Below, piece after piece: positions 1 to 9,368 of a stretch of 64,000 nt of DNA. This DNA is from an uncultured delta proteobacterium. Its GTDB lineage: Bacteria > Desulfobacterota > BSN033 > UBA1163. Under the pieces are notes generated by a model. That model ran no database searches. It worked only from the letters and a program-made list of their open reading frames with translations, and was not told the DNA's origin. Within the stretch, counting starts at the first letter, position 1. Every line of letters starts with the position of its first letter. Location of the stretch: contig CAWHBU010000002.1 of the NCBI GenBank assembly GCA_963827685.1, positions 672,001 through 736,000 on the forward strand, written 5' to 3'. The translations under genes were made by a program, and so were the position numbers.

Positions 1-1098
1 GAGCCTTTTGAGGATCAGTTCAGAGTTCGGTATCGAATTGACGGGGTACTCCATGACGTGGAATCGCCTCCGAAGCGACTTCAAGCCGCGATCGTTTCGC
101 GTGTGAAAATTATGGCCAAATTGAATATCGCAGAAAGGCGGCTTCCTCAGGACGGACGAATCATGCTCCGTGTAAAAGGAAAGGAAATTGATTTTCGGGT
201 CTCTTCGGTTCCGACCATCTATGGTGAAAGCATTGTTTTAAGAATTTTGGACAAGAGCAGTATCGTCCTCGATATTGAGAGATTGGGTTTTCCGGGGGAT
301 ACCTTGATCGGATTCAATGATCTCATCCAAAGGCCCCACGGGATCATTCTGGTGACTGGCCCTACGGGGAGCGGAAAGACGACGACCCTTTACTGCGCGT
401 TGGGAAAGATCAACTCCCCTGAAAAGAAGATCATCACGGTGGAAGATCCGGTAGAGTATCAGCTGAAAGGGATCAATCAGATTCAGGTAAAGCCAACTAT
501 CGGACTCACTTTTTCCAATACCTTACGATCCATCGTCCGGCAAGACCCGGATGTCATTCTCATCGGTGAAATTCGGGATGCGGAGACCGCTGAAATTGCC
601 ATTCACTCTGCATTGACCGGCCACTTAGTGCTGAGCACTCTGCATACGAATGATGCTCCGAGTGCCATCACGCGGCTCGTGGACATGGGAATGGAAGACT
701 TTCTTCTCTCCTCCACCATCATCGGAATATTGGCACAGCGCTTGGTTCGCGTCGCCTGCCCTCATTGTCGCGAACCCTATTCTCCTTCCCCGGAAATAAG
801 GAGAGAAATGAAACTGGACGGTTTCAATCTTGCCGATTTGAATTTTTTTGAGGTGAAGGGATGCGAGCATTGTTCTCAGACAGGATACTGGGGCCGTTCG
901 GGAATTTTTGAATTTCTTAGAGTAACGGATGATATCCAAAAACTCATTCTGGGGAAGAAGGATTCTAATATCATCAAAGAAGCATCTCGCAAAAATGGGA
1001 TGAGGACCTTGAGGGAAGACGGTTGGTTGAAGGTCAAGCAGGGGATGACGACCGTTTCCGAGGTGTTGAGGGTGACCCAGGAAGAGGAAGTGATTTAA
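1..1098 (+). CDS. gspE: Type II secretion ATPase GspE (5' end outside window)
   Basis: Frame is open from base 1 ([15 protein letters not shown]). Contains [10 protein letters not shown], Walker [31 protein letters not shown] and CxxC..CxxC. Confidence 0.95.
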   Translation, partial: EPFEDQFRVRYRIDGVLHDVESPPKRLQAAIVSRVKIMAKLNIAERRLPQDGRIMLRVKGKEIDFRVSSVPTIYGESIVLRILDKSSIVLDIERLGFPGDTLIGFNDLIQRPHGIILVTGPTGSGKTTTLYCALGKINSPEKKIITVEDPVEYQLKGINQIQVKPTIGLTFSNTLRSIVRQDPDVILIGEIRDAETAEIAIHSALTGHLVLSTLHTNDAPSAITRLVDMGMEDFLLSSTIIGILAQRLVRVACPHCREPYSPSPEIRREMKLDGFNLADLNFFEVKGCEHCSQTGYWGRSGIFEFLRVTDDIQKLILGKKDSNIIKEASRKNGMRTLREDGWLKVKQGMTTVSEVLRVTQEEEVI

Positions 1099-1105
1099 GC
1101 AAACC

Positions 1106-2320
1106 ATGCCAGCGTATCTTTACAAAGCCACGACCCTGACCGGACAGACTGTTGAGGGTTTGATGGATGGCAAGGATGAAGAAACCATCATCCAGGGCCT
1201 TCACCAGCTCGGTTATATTCCCATCCGTATCACCTCGGTTCAAGAGAAAGGGGCGAGACTTCGCCTGTCTTCTATTTTACCAAAACGGGTAGGCGTTAAG
1301 GATCTACTCCTCTTCACCCAGGAGCTTTCCACGCTAATTTCATCAGGGTTACCTATTGACCGAAGTCTTAACATCCTAGGGAAGCTCACAGAGAATGAGA
1401 AATTGCGGGAAACGGCGAAGGACGTATTAAAGGGGATCGAAGGGGGAAACTCTTTTGCAGAGGCATTGGGCAACCATCCTAAGATCTTCTCAAAACTCTA
1501 TGTCAATATGGTCAAGGCCGGAGAATCGGGGGGCTTCTTGGAAACCATCTTGTCACGGCTTGCGCAATATCTTCAAAGTACAAAAGAAATCAGAGATTAC
1601 CTGGTCTCTGTCATGATTTATCCACTCATTCTGATATTTGTCAGCGGAATTACCATTGCTATTTTGATGATCTTTGTCATGCCGAGTTTCACGAAGATCT
1701 TTTCGGATACGGGTCAATCCCTTCCTTTACCGACCCAGATCATAATGTCGATCAGCTATGCTCTAAGGGGTTATTGGTGGATAGGCTTAGGGATTATTGT
1801 GGCAATATATTTCGGGCTACGGGCGTATAGGCAGGACGAGGAGAGGCGGGTGAGGTGGGATGGGTTCAAATTGAGATGGGTTGCCATAGGAGATCTCATT
1901 AAGAAAACTGAGGTAGCTCGGTTTTCGAGAACATTGGGGACTCTGATCCAGAGTGGCGTTTCGATATTGCCGGCCCTCAATCTGGTGAAAGAAATCTCCC
2001 AAAATCGGGTCATTTCAAGATCCATCGCCCATGTCCATGATCGCTTGAGAGAGGGGAAGGCCATTTCCCAATCCTTAGAGGAGGTAGAGGTTTTTCCTCC
2101 GTTAGCTGTTCACATGATCGGCGTGGGGGAAGAAACCGGGAAGCTTGACGAGATGTTGATCAAGGTCGCTGAAACCTACGAGGAGAATGTTCGAAATACC
2201 GTGAAACGGATTGTCTCCTTGCTGGAGCCCCTGATCATTGTGGTATTAGGGGGGGTAGTAGGATTCATTGTGATATCGATACTGATGGCTATCTTTAGTC
2301 TTAATGAAATTCCTTTTTAA
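1106..2320 (+). CDS. gspF: T2SS inner membrane platform protein GspF/PilC family
   Basis: AGESGGFL and VGEETGKLD motifs, three TM segments, operon position. Confidence 0.93.
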   Translation: MPAYLYKATTLTGQTVEGLMDGKDEETIIQGLHQLGYIPIRITSVQEKGARLRLSSILPKRVGVKDLLLFTQELSTLISSGLPIDRSLNILGKLTENEKLRETAKDVLKGIEGGNSFAEALGNHPKIFSKLYVNMVKAGESGGFLETILSRLAQYLQSTKEIRDYLVSVMIYPLILIFVSGITIAILMIFVMPSFTKIFSDTGQSLPLPTQIIMSISYALRGYWWIGLGIIVAIYFGLRAYRQDEERRVRWDGFKLRWVAIGDLIKKTEVARFSRTLGTLIQSGVSILPALNLVKEISQNRVISRSIAHVHDRLREGKAISQSLEEVEVFPPLAVHMIGVGEETGKLDEMLIKVAETYEENVRNTVKRIVSLLEPLIIVVLGGVVGFIVISILMAIFSLNEIPF

Positions 2321-2336
2321 CCCGAAAGGAGGAGAG

Positions 2337-2774
2337 ATGAAAATAAGGAATAAGCCAGGAGAACGAGGGTTTACCCTGGTTGAAATCATGATCGTGGTGA
2401 TCATTATTGGATTGATGGCTGCTTGGGTTGCCCCCAAATTATTTGGGAAACTGAGCACGGCGAAACTGGGTGCAGCCAAGCACCAGATTGAGCTTTTTGG
2501 TACTGCTCTTGATGCCTTTCGGCTCGATACAGGGAGATATCCGACCACCGAAGAGGGACTCAAAGCTCTAAGGGAAAAGCCATCTGGAGTTGAGAACTGG
2601 AGCGGACCCTATCTCCCCAAGGAAATTCCGCTTGACCCGTGGAAAAGACCCTATATTTATAAATCACCGGGTGATCATGGTGATTACGATCTCATCTCGT
2701 ATGGTCTCGACGGAGTAGAGGGAGGAGAGGGAGAGAATCAGGATGTTGTCAGTTGGAGAGATATTGTTAAATGA
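2337..2774 (+). CDS. gspG: T2SS major pseudopilin GspG
   Basis: GFTLVE prepilin motif, GRYPTTEEGL, DPWKRPYIY; ATG 2337 follows the RBS AAAGGAGG. Confidence 0.95.
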   Translation: MKIRNKPGERGFTLVEIMIVVIIIGLMAAWVAPKLFGKLSTAKLGAAKHQIELFGTALDAFRLDTGRYPTTEEGLKALREKPSGVENWSGPYLPKEIPLDPWKRPYIYKSPGDHGDYDLISYGLDGVEGGEGENQDVVSWRDIVK

Positions 2775-3265
2775 AAAACAAAGGCTTTTCATTAATTGAG
2801 CTACTGATCGTTTTGTCTATTTTGACCCTTTCCATCTCATTAGCGGTTTCATCCTTGGCCGGAATCCTAAAAACGGTCGAGTTGAAATCAACGGCCAAGA
2901 AGGTGTCGGGGATTCTTCGATATTGCCGCAGCGAGGCCGTCAACAAAGGGCAGATCTATCAGATTGTTTTCGATTCGGATTTGAGGGAGGTCAGGGTCCA
3001 AAAGATAGAATCCTCTGAGGGAAAGGAAGAGAATGAAAAAAAAGGGGAGATGACCTTTAAGAAGATTTTTCCTCTTCCCAAGGGGATTCGTATGAAAGAG
3101 GTGAATATCGCCTCTCCACAGTACTCTTCGGATTACCCGACGATCGAATTCTATCCGAACGGAGGGTCGAATGGGGGATCATTCCTCTTGAACAGTGAGG
3201 AGCGGGGAGGCTACCGAATCAAGATCCATTTTCTTACAGGCATGGTGGTAATTGAAAAGGCATAG
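2771..3265 (+). CDS. gspH: T2SS minor pseudopilin GspH
   Basis: GFSLIE motif, IEFYPNGGSNGG, ATGA overlap with gspG. Confidence 0.85.
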   Translation: MKNKGFSLIELLIVLSILTLSISLAVSSLAGILKTVELKSTAKKVSGILRYCRSEAVNKGQIYQIVFDSDLREVRVQKIESSEGKEENEKKGEMTFKKIFPLPKGIRMKEVNIASPQYSSDYPTIEFYPNGGSNGGSFLLNSEERGGYRIKIHFLTGMVVIEKA

Positions 3266-3680
3266 GGTAACATACAGAACAGGGTTTACCTTAATCGAGG
3301 TAGTGGTTGCCATCGCCATCTTATCGGTGGGGCTGACGGTGATCATTGAACTTTTTGCAGGTGGACTTCGTCTGGCCAGGGTTTCCGAGGAGTATACAAA
3401 GGCTGTAAATTATGCTCGTATTAAAATGGAAGAAATAGCCGTAAAACCGAAAATGGAGGAAGGAAGTGCGGAGGGAGAGTTCGATGAGACGTTTCGCTGG
3501 CAGGTCGGAGTGAAGAAAGTCGATGTCCTTCCGATAGAAAAAAAACCAGACTTTGAAGTCCCGGTCGAACTTTTCCAAATTCAGGTCAAGGTGACTTGGA
3601 AATCGGGTTCTAAGGAAAGGTCTACCTCTGTCGAGACTTATAAAACGATCCGAGTGGAAAAGGATGAGAAAAAAAGCTAA
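3252..3680 (+). CDS. gspI: T2SS minor pseudopilin GspI
   Basis: GFTLIE motif, order after gspH. Confidence 0.82.
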   Translation: MKRHRVTYRTGFTLIEVVVAIAILSVGLTVIIELFAGGLRLARVSEEYTKAVNYARIKMEEIAVKPKMEEGSAEGEFDETFRWQVGVKKVDVLPIEKKPDFEVPVELFQIQVKVTWKSGSKERSTSVETYKTIRVEKDEKKS

Positions 3681-4404
3681 AGCCTTTGATCCTTCAGTAG
3701 CCCCAGGATTCACTCTGATTGAGGTGTTGGTCACGCTAACCATTCTCGGGTTTATCCTTTTGATCATTTCCGGAGCCTTTCGTCTGGGGCTCTCCGCCTG
3801 GAACAGAGGAGAATCCATCAAAGAAGACTATCAGAAGGTACGGATTATCTCCCAGTTGATCTCCCGGCAGATCAAATCGGCCGTTCCTTACAAGATCAAG
3901 ACCCAGAAGGCAGAAGGAGATTATCTTGCCTTTGAGGGAAAGGCCCATTCTTTAAAATTCGTGTCGGCATTTCCGATGAAGGCGAAACAGACCGGAGGAT
4001 TCGTTTACGCGGTTTATGAGTTTAAGGAGAGAGGGGAAGAGGAAGGTCGATTGATTCTTTATGAGCAGAGGGTCCTCAACAAGGATTTTTTTGCGGACGA
4101 TTTCAAGGAGGATCAGGGCATTTCGATATTGGAAGGAGTCTCAAATGTCCATTTTGAATTCTATCAGGAAGGGGATCCAGCGCAGAACAAACCTGAAGAA
4201 TGGCTGGAGGAGTGGAACGCGAAAGATGAGAAAGAGCTTCCGAAGGCCTTAAGGATGATTATTACACTGAAGAACGGAAAGGCTGCCGGAGAGGAGTTTC
4301 CCATCACGATCCAGGCGTCCCTTCCGGCGTATCGATTTGAGCAGGTCTTAACCACTCCCCTGAGAGTTCGTAGAAGCATTCTACAGGGATTGCCTCAGAG
4401 ATAA
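3664..4404 (+). CDS. gspJ: T2SS minor pseudopilin GspJ
   Basis: GFTLIE motif, C-terminal W..ELPKALR, gene order. Confidence 0.82.
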   Translation: MRKKAKAFDPSVAPGFTLIEVLVTLTILGFILLIISGAFRLGLSAWNRGESIKEDYQKVRIISQLISRQIKSAVPYKIKTQKAEGDYLAFEGKAHSLKFVSAFPMKAKQTGGFVYAVYEFKERGEEEGRLILYEQRVLNKDFFADDFKEDQGISILEGVSNVHFEFYQEGDPAQNKPEEWLEEWNAKDEKELPKALRMIITLKNGKAAGEEFPITIQASLPAYRFEQVLTTPLRVRRSILQGLPQR

Positions 4405-4412
4405 GGAAATTA

Positions 4413-5513
4413 ATGAAAGTTCAAGGTTCAAAGTTTGAAATAAAGAGTTTCCGCCTGGGCCGATGCCTCGGCGGGCAGGCCCGCCTACGTCGATACTTCA
4501 GCGGGCAAGCAAGAGGCGTTGCCTTGGTGATGGTGCTCTGGGTGTTGGCGGTCCTCTCCGTGATTGTCTTAGAATTCTGTTTTGCTATGAGGACAGAGGT
4601 CAATATTACGAATAATTATAAAGAGGAGTTACAACTCTATGCGATGGCTGAAGGAGGTGTTCAGCGTGCCGTTACTGAGTTGATCTACATAAACGATCCA
4701 AGGATTCACCAAATGAGGACGGCCATGAAGCTTGAAAAGGTTCCTCCAGAGAAGATGGAGTGGGTGACGGACGGAAGGCTTTACCCCCTCCCTTTTGACC
4801 AGGGAGTGTGTGAGGTCAGAGTGATGAGTGAGGCGGGCAAGATCAATATCAATACGGTTTCTGAGATGACGCTTCGGAAGATCATAGGAAATTTGGGCTT
4901 GGAGGGAGAAGAAAGGGATATTGTCGTGGATTCGATTCTGGATTGGAGGGACACGAATGATTTCCACCGAATCAATGGGGCAAAAAATGACTACTATCAA
5001 TCCCTCAAAGAGCCCTATTATTGTAAGAACGGCAATCTGGACTCCATTGAAGAACTCCTGCTCGTTCGTGGGGTGACTCCTGATCTGTTTTACGGAAGAA
5101 AGATGATCAAGAAGGAAGGAGAAGGGAACGAGGAGGAACGGGTCGGATTGAAAGATATATTCTCCATATACGCCGCGGGAGAGCAGATTGATATCAACAG
5201 TGCGACTCCGGTCGCATTGAGATTTGTTTTAGGGATTCCCGAAGCAGTCGCCCGGCAAATTGTCAAGGCCCGGGAAGAGAAAAGATTTGAACAGCAACAG
5301 GATCTCCTCCAAAGGGTGCCTGAAATTTCTCCCTTTATGGGAGGGATTGCGAACCTCATCAGCTTCGGTTCAGCGATACCCTATTATACGATCGAATCGA
5401 AGGCAAGGAAAAAGGAGGGAGAATCAAACCGAGGCATCAAAGTGATTGTTAAAATAGACTCGGCAGACAAGAAAAAGCATAAAATCATTCAATGGGTGGA
5501 TGCACTTCTTTAA
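4413..5513 (+). CDS. gspK: T2SS minor pseudopilin GspK
   Basis: RGVALVMVLW, GKININ, ILDWRD, EELLLVRG motifs. Confidence 0.9.
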   Translation: MKVQGSKFEIKSFRLGRCLGGQARLRRYFSGQARGVALVMVLWVLAVLSVIVLEFCFAMRTEVNITNNYKEELQLYAMAEGGVQRAVTELIYINDPRIHQMRTAMKLEKVPPEKMEWVTDGRLYPLPFDQGVCEVRVMSEAGKININTVSEMTLRKIIGNLGLEGEERDIVVDSILDWRDTNDFHRINGAKNDYYQSLKEPYYCKNGNLDSIEELLLVRGVTPDLFYGRKMIKKEGEGNEEERVGLKDIFSIYAAGEQIDINSATPVALRFVLGIPEAVARQIVKAREEKRFEQQQDLLQRVPEISPFMGGIANLISFGSAIPYYTIESKARKKEGESNRGIKVIVKIDSADKKKHKIIQWVDALL

Positions 5514-5553
5514 GGATTCTCGTTGAGATTCACAAAGGAAACAGGTAAGATCG

Positions 5554-6996
5554 TTGAAGCAAAACATCATGGATAAGATCATTTCCGATTTAAGTCTTGG
5601 GATTGAGTTTAAACCGAACCATCTCATTCTCACGCTTCTGAGGAAGTCCTTCCGGAAGATTACGCTCGCGGATTCTGAGATCCATTCACTTCCGTCCGAG
5701 GGTCAGAAGGAAGAGCGGGAGGTACAGATTCTCAACCTCATTAACAAGTTTATCTCTAAACACCGTCTCCATAAGGAGAAGACCTCCATCTCCGTGCCGA
5801 GAGAAAAATCGGTCGTTCGGTTTATTAACCTCCCCATTGCCACCAAAGAAAATCTGAGAAAGGTGATCGAATACGAGGTTCCAAAATATACCCCCTTTGA
5901 AAGGGAGGAAGTCTATTTTGACTGTCAGATCCTCAAGGAGGAAAAAGACTGGCTGCACCTCTATGCCGTTTTCATCAAAAAGACTGAAGTAGATCCCTAT
6001 TTATCTTTGTTAAAGAAGATCGGGATTGACCCGATTTCAATCCAGATCTCGTCTGTAGGAGCCCTTAATCTTTTCTATTATCATGAAGGAGCGAAGGAGG
6101 ATGAAATATCGGTTTTGCTTGATGTGACGGAATCGTTCTTTGAGATGGATCTGATCCAGGGAAAGGAGTGGCAGGAAAGTTTTTATCTCCCCTTATCGGG
6201 GGAAAAGGGAGAATCGAGAATATGGAAGGCCTTTGAGCGATCTGTGGTGAAGCAGGATTCCTTTTCAAAATCGACGTTCTTCGTTCACGGATTAGACACG
6301 GATGAAAACCTTCTGAATGCCGTCAGGGAGAACGATCGGATCAAAGGTGTTTTTCTGCCTCCGTTGCATCGAACCGAAGCCGAAAGAGAAGGGCTTCCTG
6401 CTCTTCATAAAATTTATGGCGCCATCGGCCTCCCTTTAAAGGGGCTGATTAAGACTCAGGTGGATTTAAACCTCCTCCCCTTCGAGATGCGGAGAAAGGT
6501 AAGGGAGTTCGGGAGACCTCTCTCCATCTTGTTAACGTTCGTTGCCTTATTCCTCGCTTTGACCTGGGGAGCGGGCGTTTACTATCGGTACAGCAGAGAA
6601 TTGAACACGCTCAACGCCGAGATCAAAAAGAGAAAGCCTGAAGTCGAGGCTGTCGAAAAACTGCAGAAGCAGAAGGAGGAATTGGGGAAGGAGATCTCTG
6701 AGCTCCTGAAGGTCAGGTCGGAAGAAACGAGTACGATAGAGATAATGAGGGAATTGACCCAGATCTTACCCAATACGGTCTGGATCTGGAGCTTTAAATA
6801 TAACGGGAAAGAGATTGAGATCAGCGGATTTGCAGATTCTGCCTCGGATTTGATCCCCCTGTTGGACAAGTCTCCTCTCTTTGAAAATGTTGAATTTCTG
6901 GCTCCTGTAACGAAGGAGAGACAGATGAGGCCGGATGGGGATAAAGAAAAAGAGAGGTTTAGAATCAAGGCAAAGATAGAGGGCAGGAGAGCATGA
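5554..6996 (+). CDS. GspL/PilM-PilN-like assembly protein
   Basis: Cytoplasmic domain, LNLLP, one TM, coiled coil, PilN-like C-terminal domain; start codon uncertain. Confidence 0.8.
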   Translation: MKQNIMDKIISDLSLGIEFKPNHLILTLLRKSFRKITLADSEIHSLPSEGQKEEREVQILNLINKFISKHRLHKEKTSISVPREKSVVRFINLPIATKENLRKVIEYEVPKYTPFEREEVYFDCQILKEEKDWLHLYAVFIKKTEVDPYLSLLKKIGIDPISIQISSVGALNLFYYHEGAKEDEISVLLDVTESFFEMDLIQGKEWQESFYLPLSGEKGESRIWKAFERSVVKQDSFSKSTFFVHGLDTDENLLNAVRENDRIKGVFLPPLHRTEAEREGLPALHKIYGAIGLPLKGLIKTQVDLNLLPFEMRRKVREFGRPLSILLTFVALFLALTWGAGVYYRYSRELNTLNAEIKKRKPEVEAVEKLQKQKEELGKEISELLKVRSEETSTIEIMRELTQILPNTVWIWSFKYNGKEIEISGFADSASDLIPLLDKSPLFENVEFLAPVTKERQMRPDGDKEKERFRIKAKIEGRRA

Positions 6997-7619
6997 TCTT
7001 GAAGCAGCTATCCTTCTTAAAAAGAATTAACCTTAAAAGAATTAACCTACCTCAGAAAAAGGCGCTCTGGGCGGTTATTGCGGCGGCAGTAGCCATTTTG
7101 ATCTATTTCCTTGGAATCCTTCCTATCGTGGACGCGAAAAGGAAGACAGCGGAGGAGATCGTTCAGAAAAGGAAGCTCCTCTCAAGATATGAGGACTATT
7201 TGAAGAATCGCAAGACCATTGAAGAGGAACTGGATCGCACTCTCAAAGTCCATGGGACGGTTCAACAGAGGCTCCTTCCCGGGGAGACCCCTCAACTGGG
7301 TGCGGCCAATCTTCAGGAGATTGTGAAAAAGCTCTCGGAGAAGAACGGCATTGCGATCAGGAGTTTTAGAATCCTTGAACCGAAAGAGATGCATGTCTAC
7401 CGGAGGATCTCTCTCCATATCGAATTCAACCCGATCAACAGCATGCTGAGCCTGGGCCAATGGATTTATGATATTGAAAACAACGAAAAAGAATTGGGGA
7501 TCTCAGAGATCGATCTTCTGGTGTTCAACCCGAGGATGCCGAACAACATCCAGGGAAGCCTGGTTATCTCCGGCGTGATGAAAGCGGTCAAGGCCAAAGA
7601 GAAAGGGAAGGAAGGATAA
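6993..7619 (+). CDS. GspM/PilO-like protein
   Basis: N-terminal TM, coiled coil, AANLQEIVK; follows the GspL-like gene. Confidence 0.78.
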   Translation: MILKQLSFLKRINLKRINLPQKKALWAVIAAAVAILIYFLGILPIVDAKRKTAEEIVQKRKLLSRYEDYLKNRKTIEEELDRTLKVHGTVQQRLLPGETPQLGAANLQEIVKKLSEKNGIAIRSFRILEPKEMHVYRRISLHIEFNPINSMLSLGQWIYDIENNEKELGISEIDLLVFNPRMPNNIQGSLVISGVMKAVKAKEKGKEG

Positions 7620-8497
7620 TGTCATTCAAGTATGGGATGATATGTATCGTTCTCTTCATTATTATTCTCTTCCTCGCTATCAAGAGTTACAATGCGCTGA
7701 CCCACCCTCTGGAGATGATCCCTGATAAGGGAGCAGCTAAGAAATCGGAGATGAGAAAAGAGAATTTCGCAGCGATGGGGGTCGTAAAAGAGTCCATGTC
7801 CATGGTATCCTATCATTCGATCGCTGAGAAGAATATTTTTAGCCCGGATAGAAAAGATTTCCCAGTGACAGGTCCTGGGTCTGCGATGCAGCCTGTAGCG
7901 CGACCTCAGGTCATTTTATACGGAGTGACCATTGCCGGGGATTACCAATCCGCCTCGGTGGTCAATCCTGGAAGGTCCCTCAAAAAGGGGGAGAGGGACT
8001 TGATGACTCTAAAATTGGGGGAACGCATTGGGGAGTATAAATTGGCAAAAATATTATCTGACCGGATTACTCTGGAAACGGAGGGGGATAGTTTTGAAGT
8101 TTTTCTCTATGATCCCAAGTCGCCGAAGAAAAGAGAGAGTGGGCCTCCGGGGGCCCCTTCTTCTGCATCCACTCCAACGGCTACATCAAGACCTTTTGTT
8201 CGCACAGAGGCAGCCGAAGGGTCGAAAGAATCGGCGCAGCGGAAGACTTTGCCTTCGCAGATTCCTATGCCCGTGATGCCACCTCCTAATCCTTCACAAA
8301 TTCCTTGGCCTATTTCCACACCTGCCCAAATCCCTTGGCCTGCTCCCACACCAGACCAAATCCCTGTCCCTATGGTACCAACCCCAATAACACCGTCGTT
8401 TACTCCCACACCTGTAACTTTAGCCCCTGGAATGGGCCAGCCGGTTCCTTTACCATCAACGGCTCCGACACAGCCGCCATCTCAGGAAGGAAAGTGA
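7619..8497 (+). CDS. GspC-like protein, paralogue 1, Pro-rich tail with QIPxP repeats
   Basis: TM anchor, KNIFSPDR, HR-like domain (LYGVTIAG...GERIGEYKL), position upstream of the secretin. Confidence 0.65.
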   Translation: MSFKYGMICIVLFIIILFLAIKSYNALTHPLEMIPDKGAAKKSEMRKENFAAMGVVKESMSMVSYHSIAEKNIFSPDRKDFPVTGPGSAMQPVARPQVILYGVTIAGDYQSASVVNPGRSLKKGERDLMTLKLGERIGEYKLAKILSDRITLETEGDSFEVFLYDPKSPKKRESGPPGAPSSASTPTATSRPFVRTEAAEGSKESAQRKTLPSQIPMPVMPPPNPSQIPWPISTPAQIPWPAPTPDQIPVPMVPTPITPSFTPTPVTLAPGMGQPVPLPSTAPTQPPSQEGK

Positions 8498-8567
8498 AGA
8501 AAGCAGTTATCAATAGATGCGATCGATGAGAATTTATGGGAGAGGAGCTTAGTCGAAAAAGGGAAAA

Positions 8568-9368
8568 TTGATGTCTGGAAAATATTTTATTTTGAGTCTT
8601 CTGCTCGTCTTCATCATTTTATTGCTTTTTCTGAAAAATTATGAGATATGGACGTATCCTGTGGAGTGGGCATCCGAAAAGGAAGGGGCGAGGAAATTGG
8701 AGAAGAGACCGGAGTCACCTTCAATGCTAGTAGGCCAGAAGAATCCAACTCCTATCCAATCTTATATTTCGATTTCTGAGAAGAATATCTTTAGCCCCGA
8801 GAGGAAGGAATTCCCCATTTTTGGGGTTGACGGAAAAAAGCCTATCGTACGGCCTCAAATTGTCTTGTATGGAGTGACTATCGCAGGGGATTATAAAGCT
8901 GCCTCCATTGTGAATCCAGGCAGGTCCCTCACAAAAGGGGAGAGGGAGTTGATGACCGTAAAAGTAGGCGATCGAGTAGGGGAGTATAAGCTAACAAAAA
9001 TTTCATCTGACCGAATTACTTTGGAAGCAGCGGGCGATAGTTTTGAAGTTTTTCTTTATGATCCCAAAATACCCAAAAGAAGGACGGATGTCAAAACAGA
9101 GAACAGACCTGCGACGGTGACGAGCACTCAACCAGGCCCTGTTCCTCTGGGCGCTGGAGTAGCTCCATCCACTGCATCACCAGGGGGTTTTGTGCCTGCC
9201 TTACCGCCAACATCCATAGAGGGATCAAAGCCCACTACCCCTGGCGAGCAAGCGGCGACGCCTCCACCGACCGGCCCGGCTACAACCTTTCCTTCGGCGG
9301 GAATGAGAAGGGGAAGAACGCCGATTTATACACCATCAACTCCAACACAAGGTACGGGGGAAAATTGA
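8568..9368 (+). CDS. GspC-like protein, paralogue 2
   Basis: Core closely similar to the preceding gene (KNIFSPER...LYGVTIAGDY...DSFEVFLYDPK). Confidence 0.65.
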   Translation: MMSGKYFILSLLLVFIILLLFLKNYEIWTYPVEWASEKEGARKLEKRPESPSMLVGQKNPTPIQSYISISEKNIFSPERKEFPIFGVDGKKPIVRPQIVLYGVTIAGDYKAASIVNPGRSLTKGERELMTVKVGDRVGEYKLTKISSDRITLEAAGDSFEVFLYDPKIPKRRTDVKTENRPATVTSTQPGPVPLGAGVAPSTASPGGFVPALPPTSIEGSKPTTPGEQAATPPPTGPATTFPSAGMRRGRTPIYTPSTPTQGTGEN

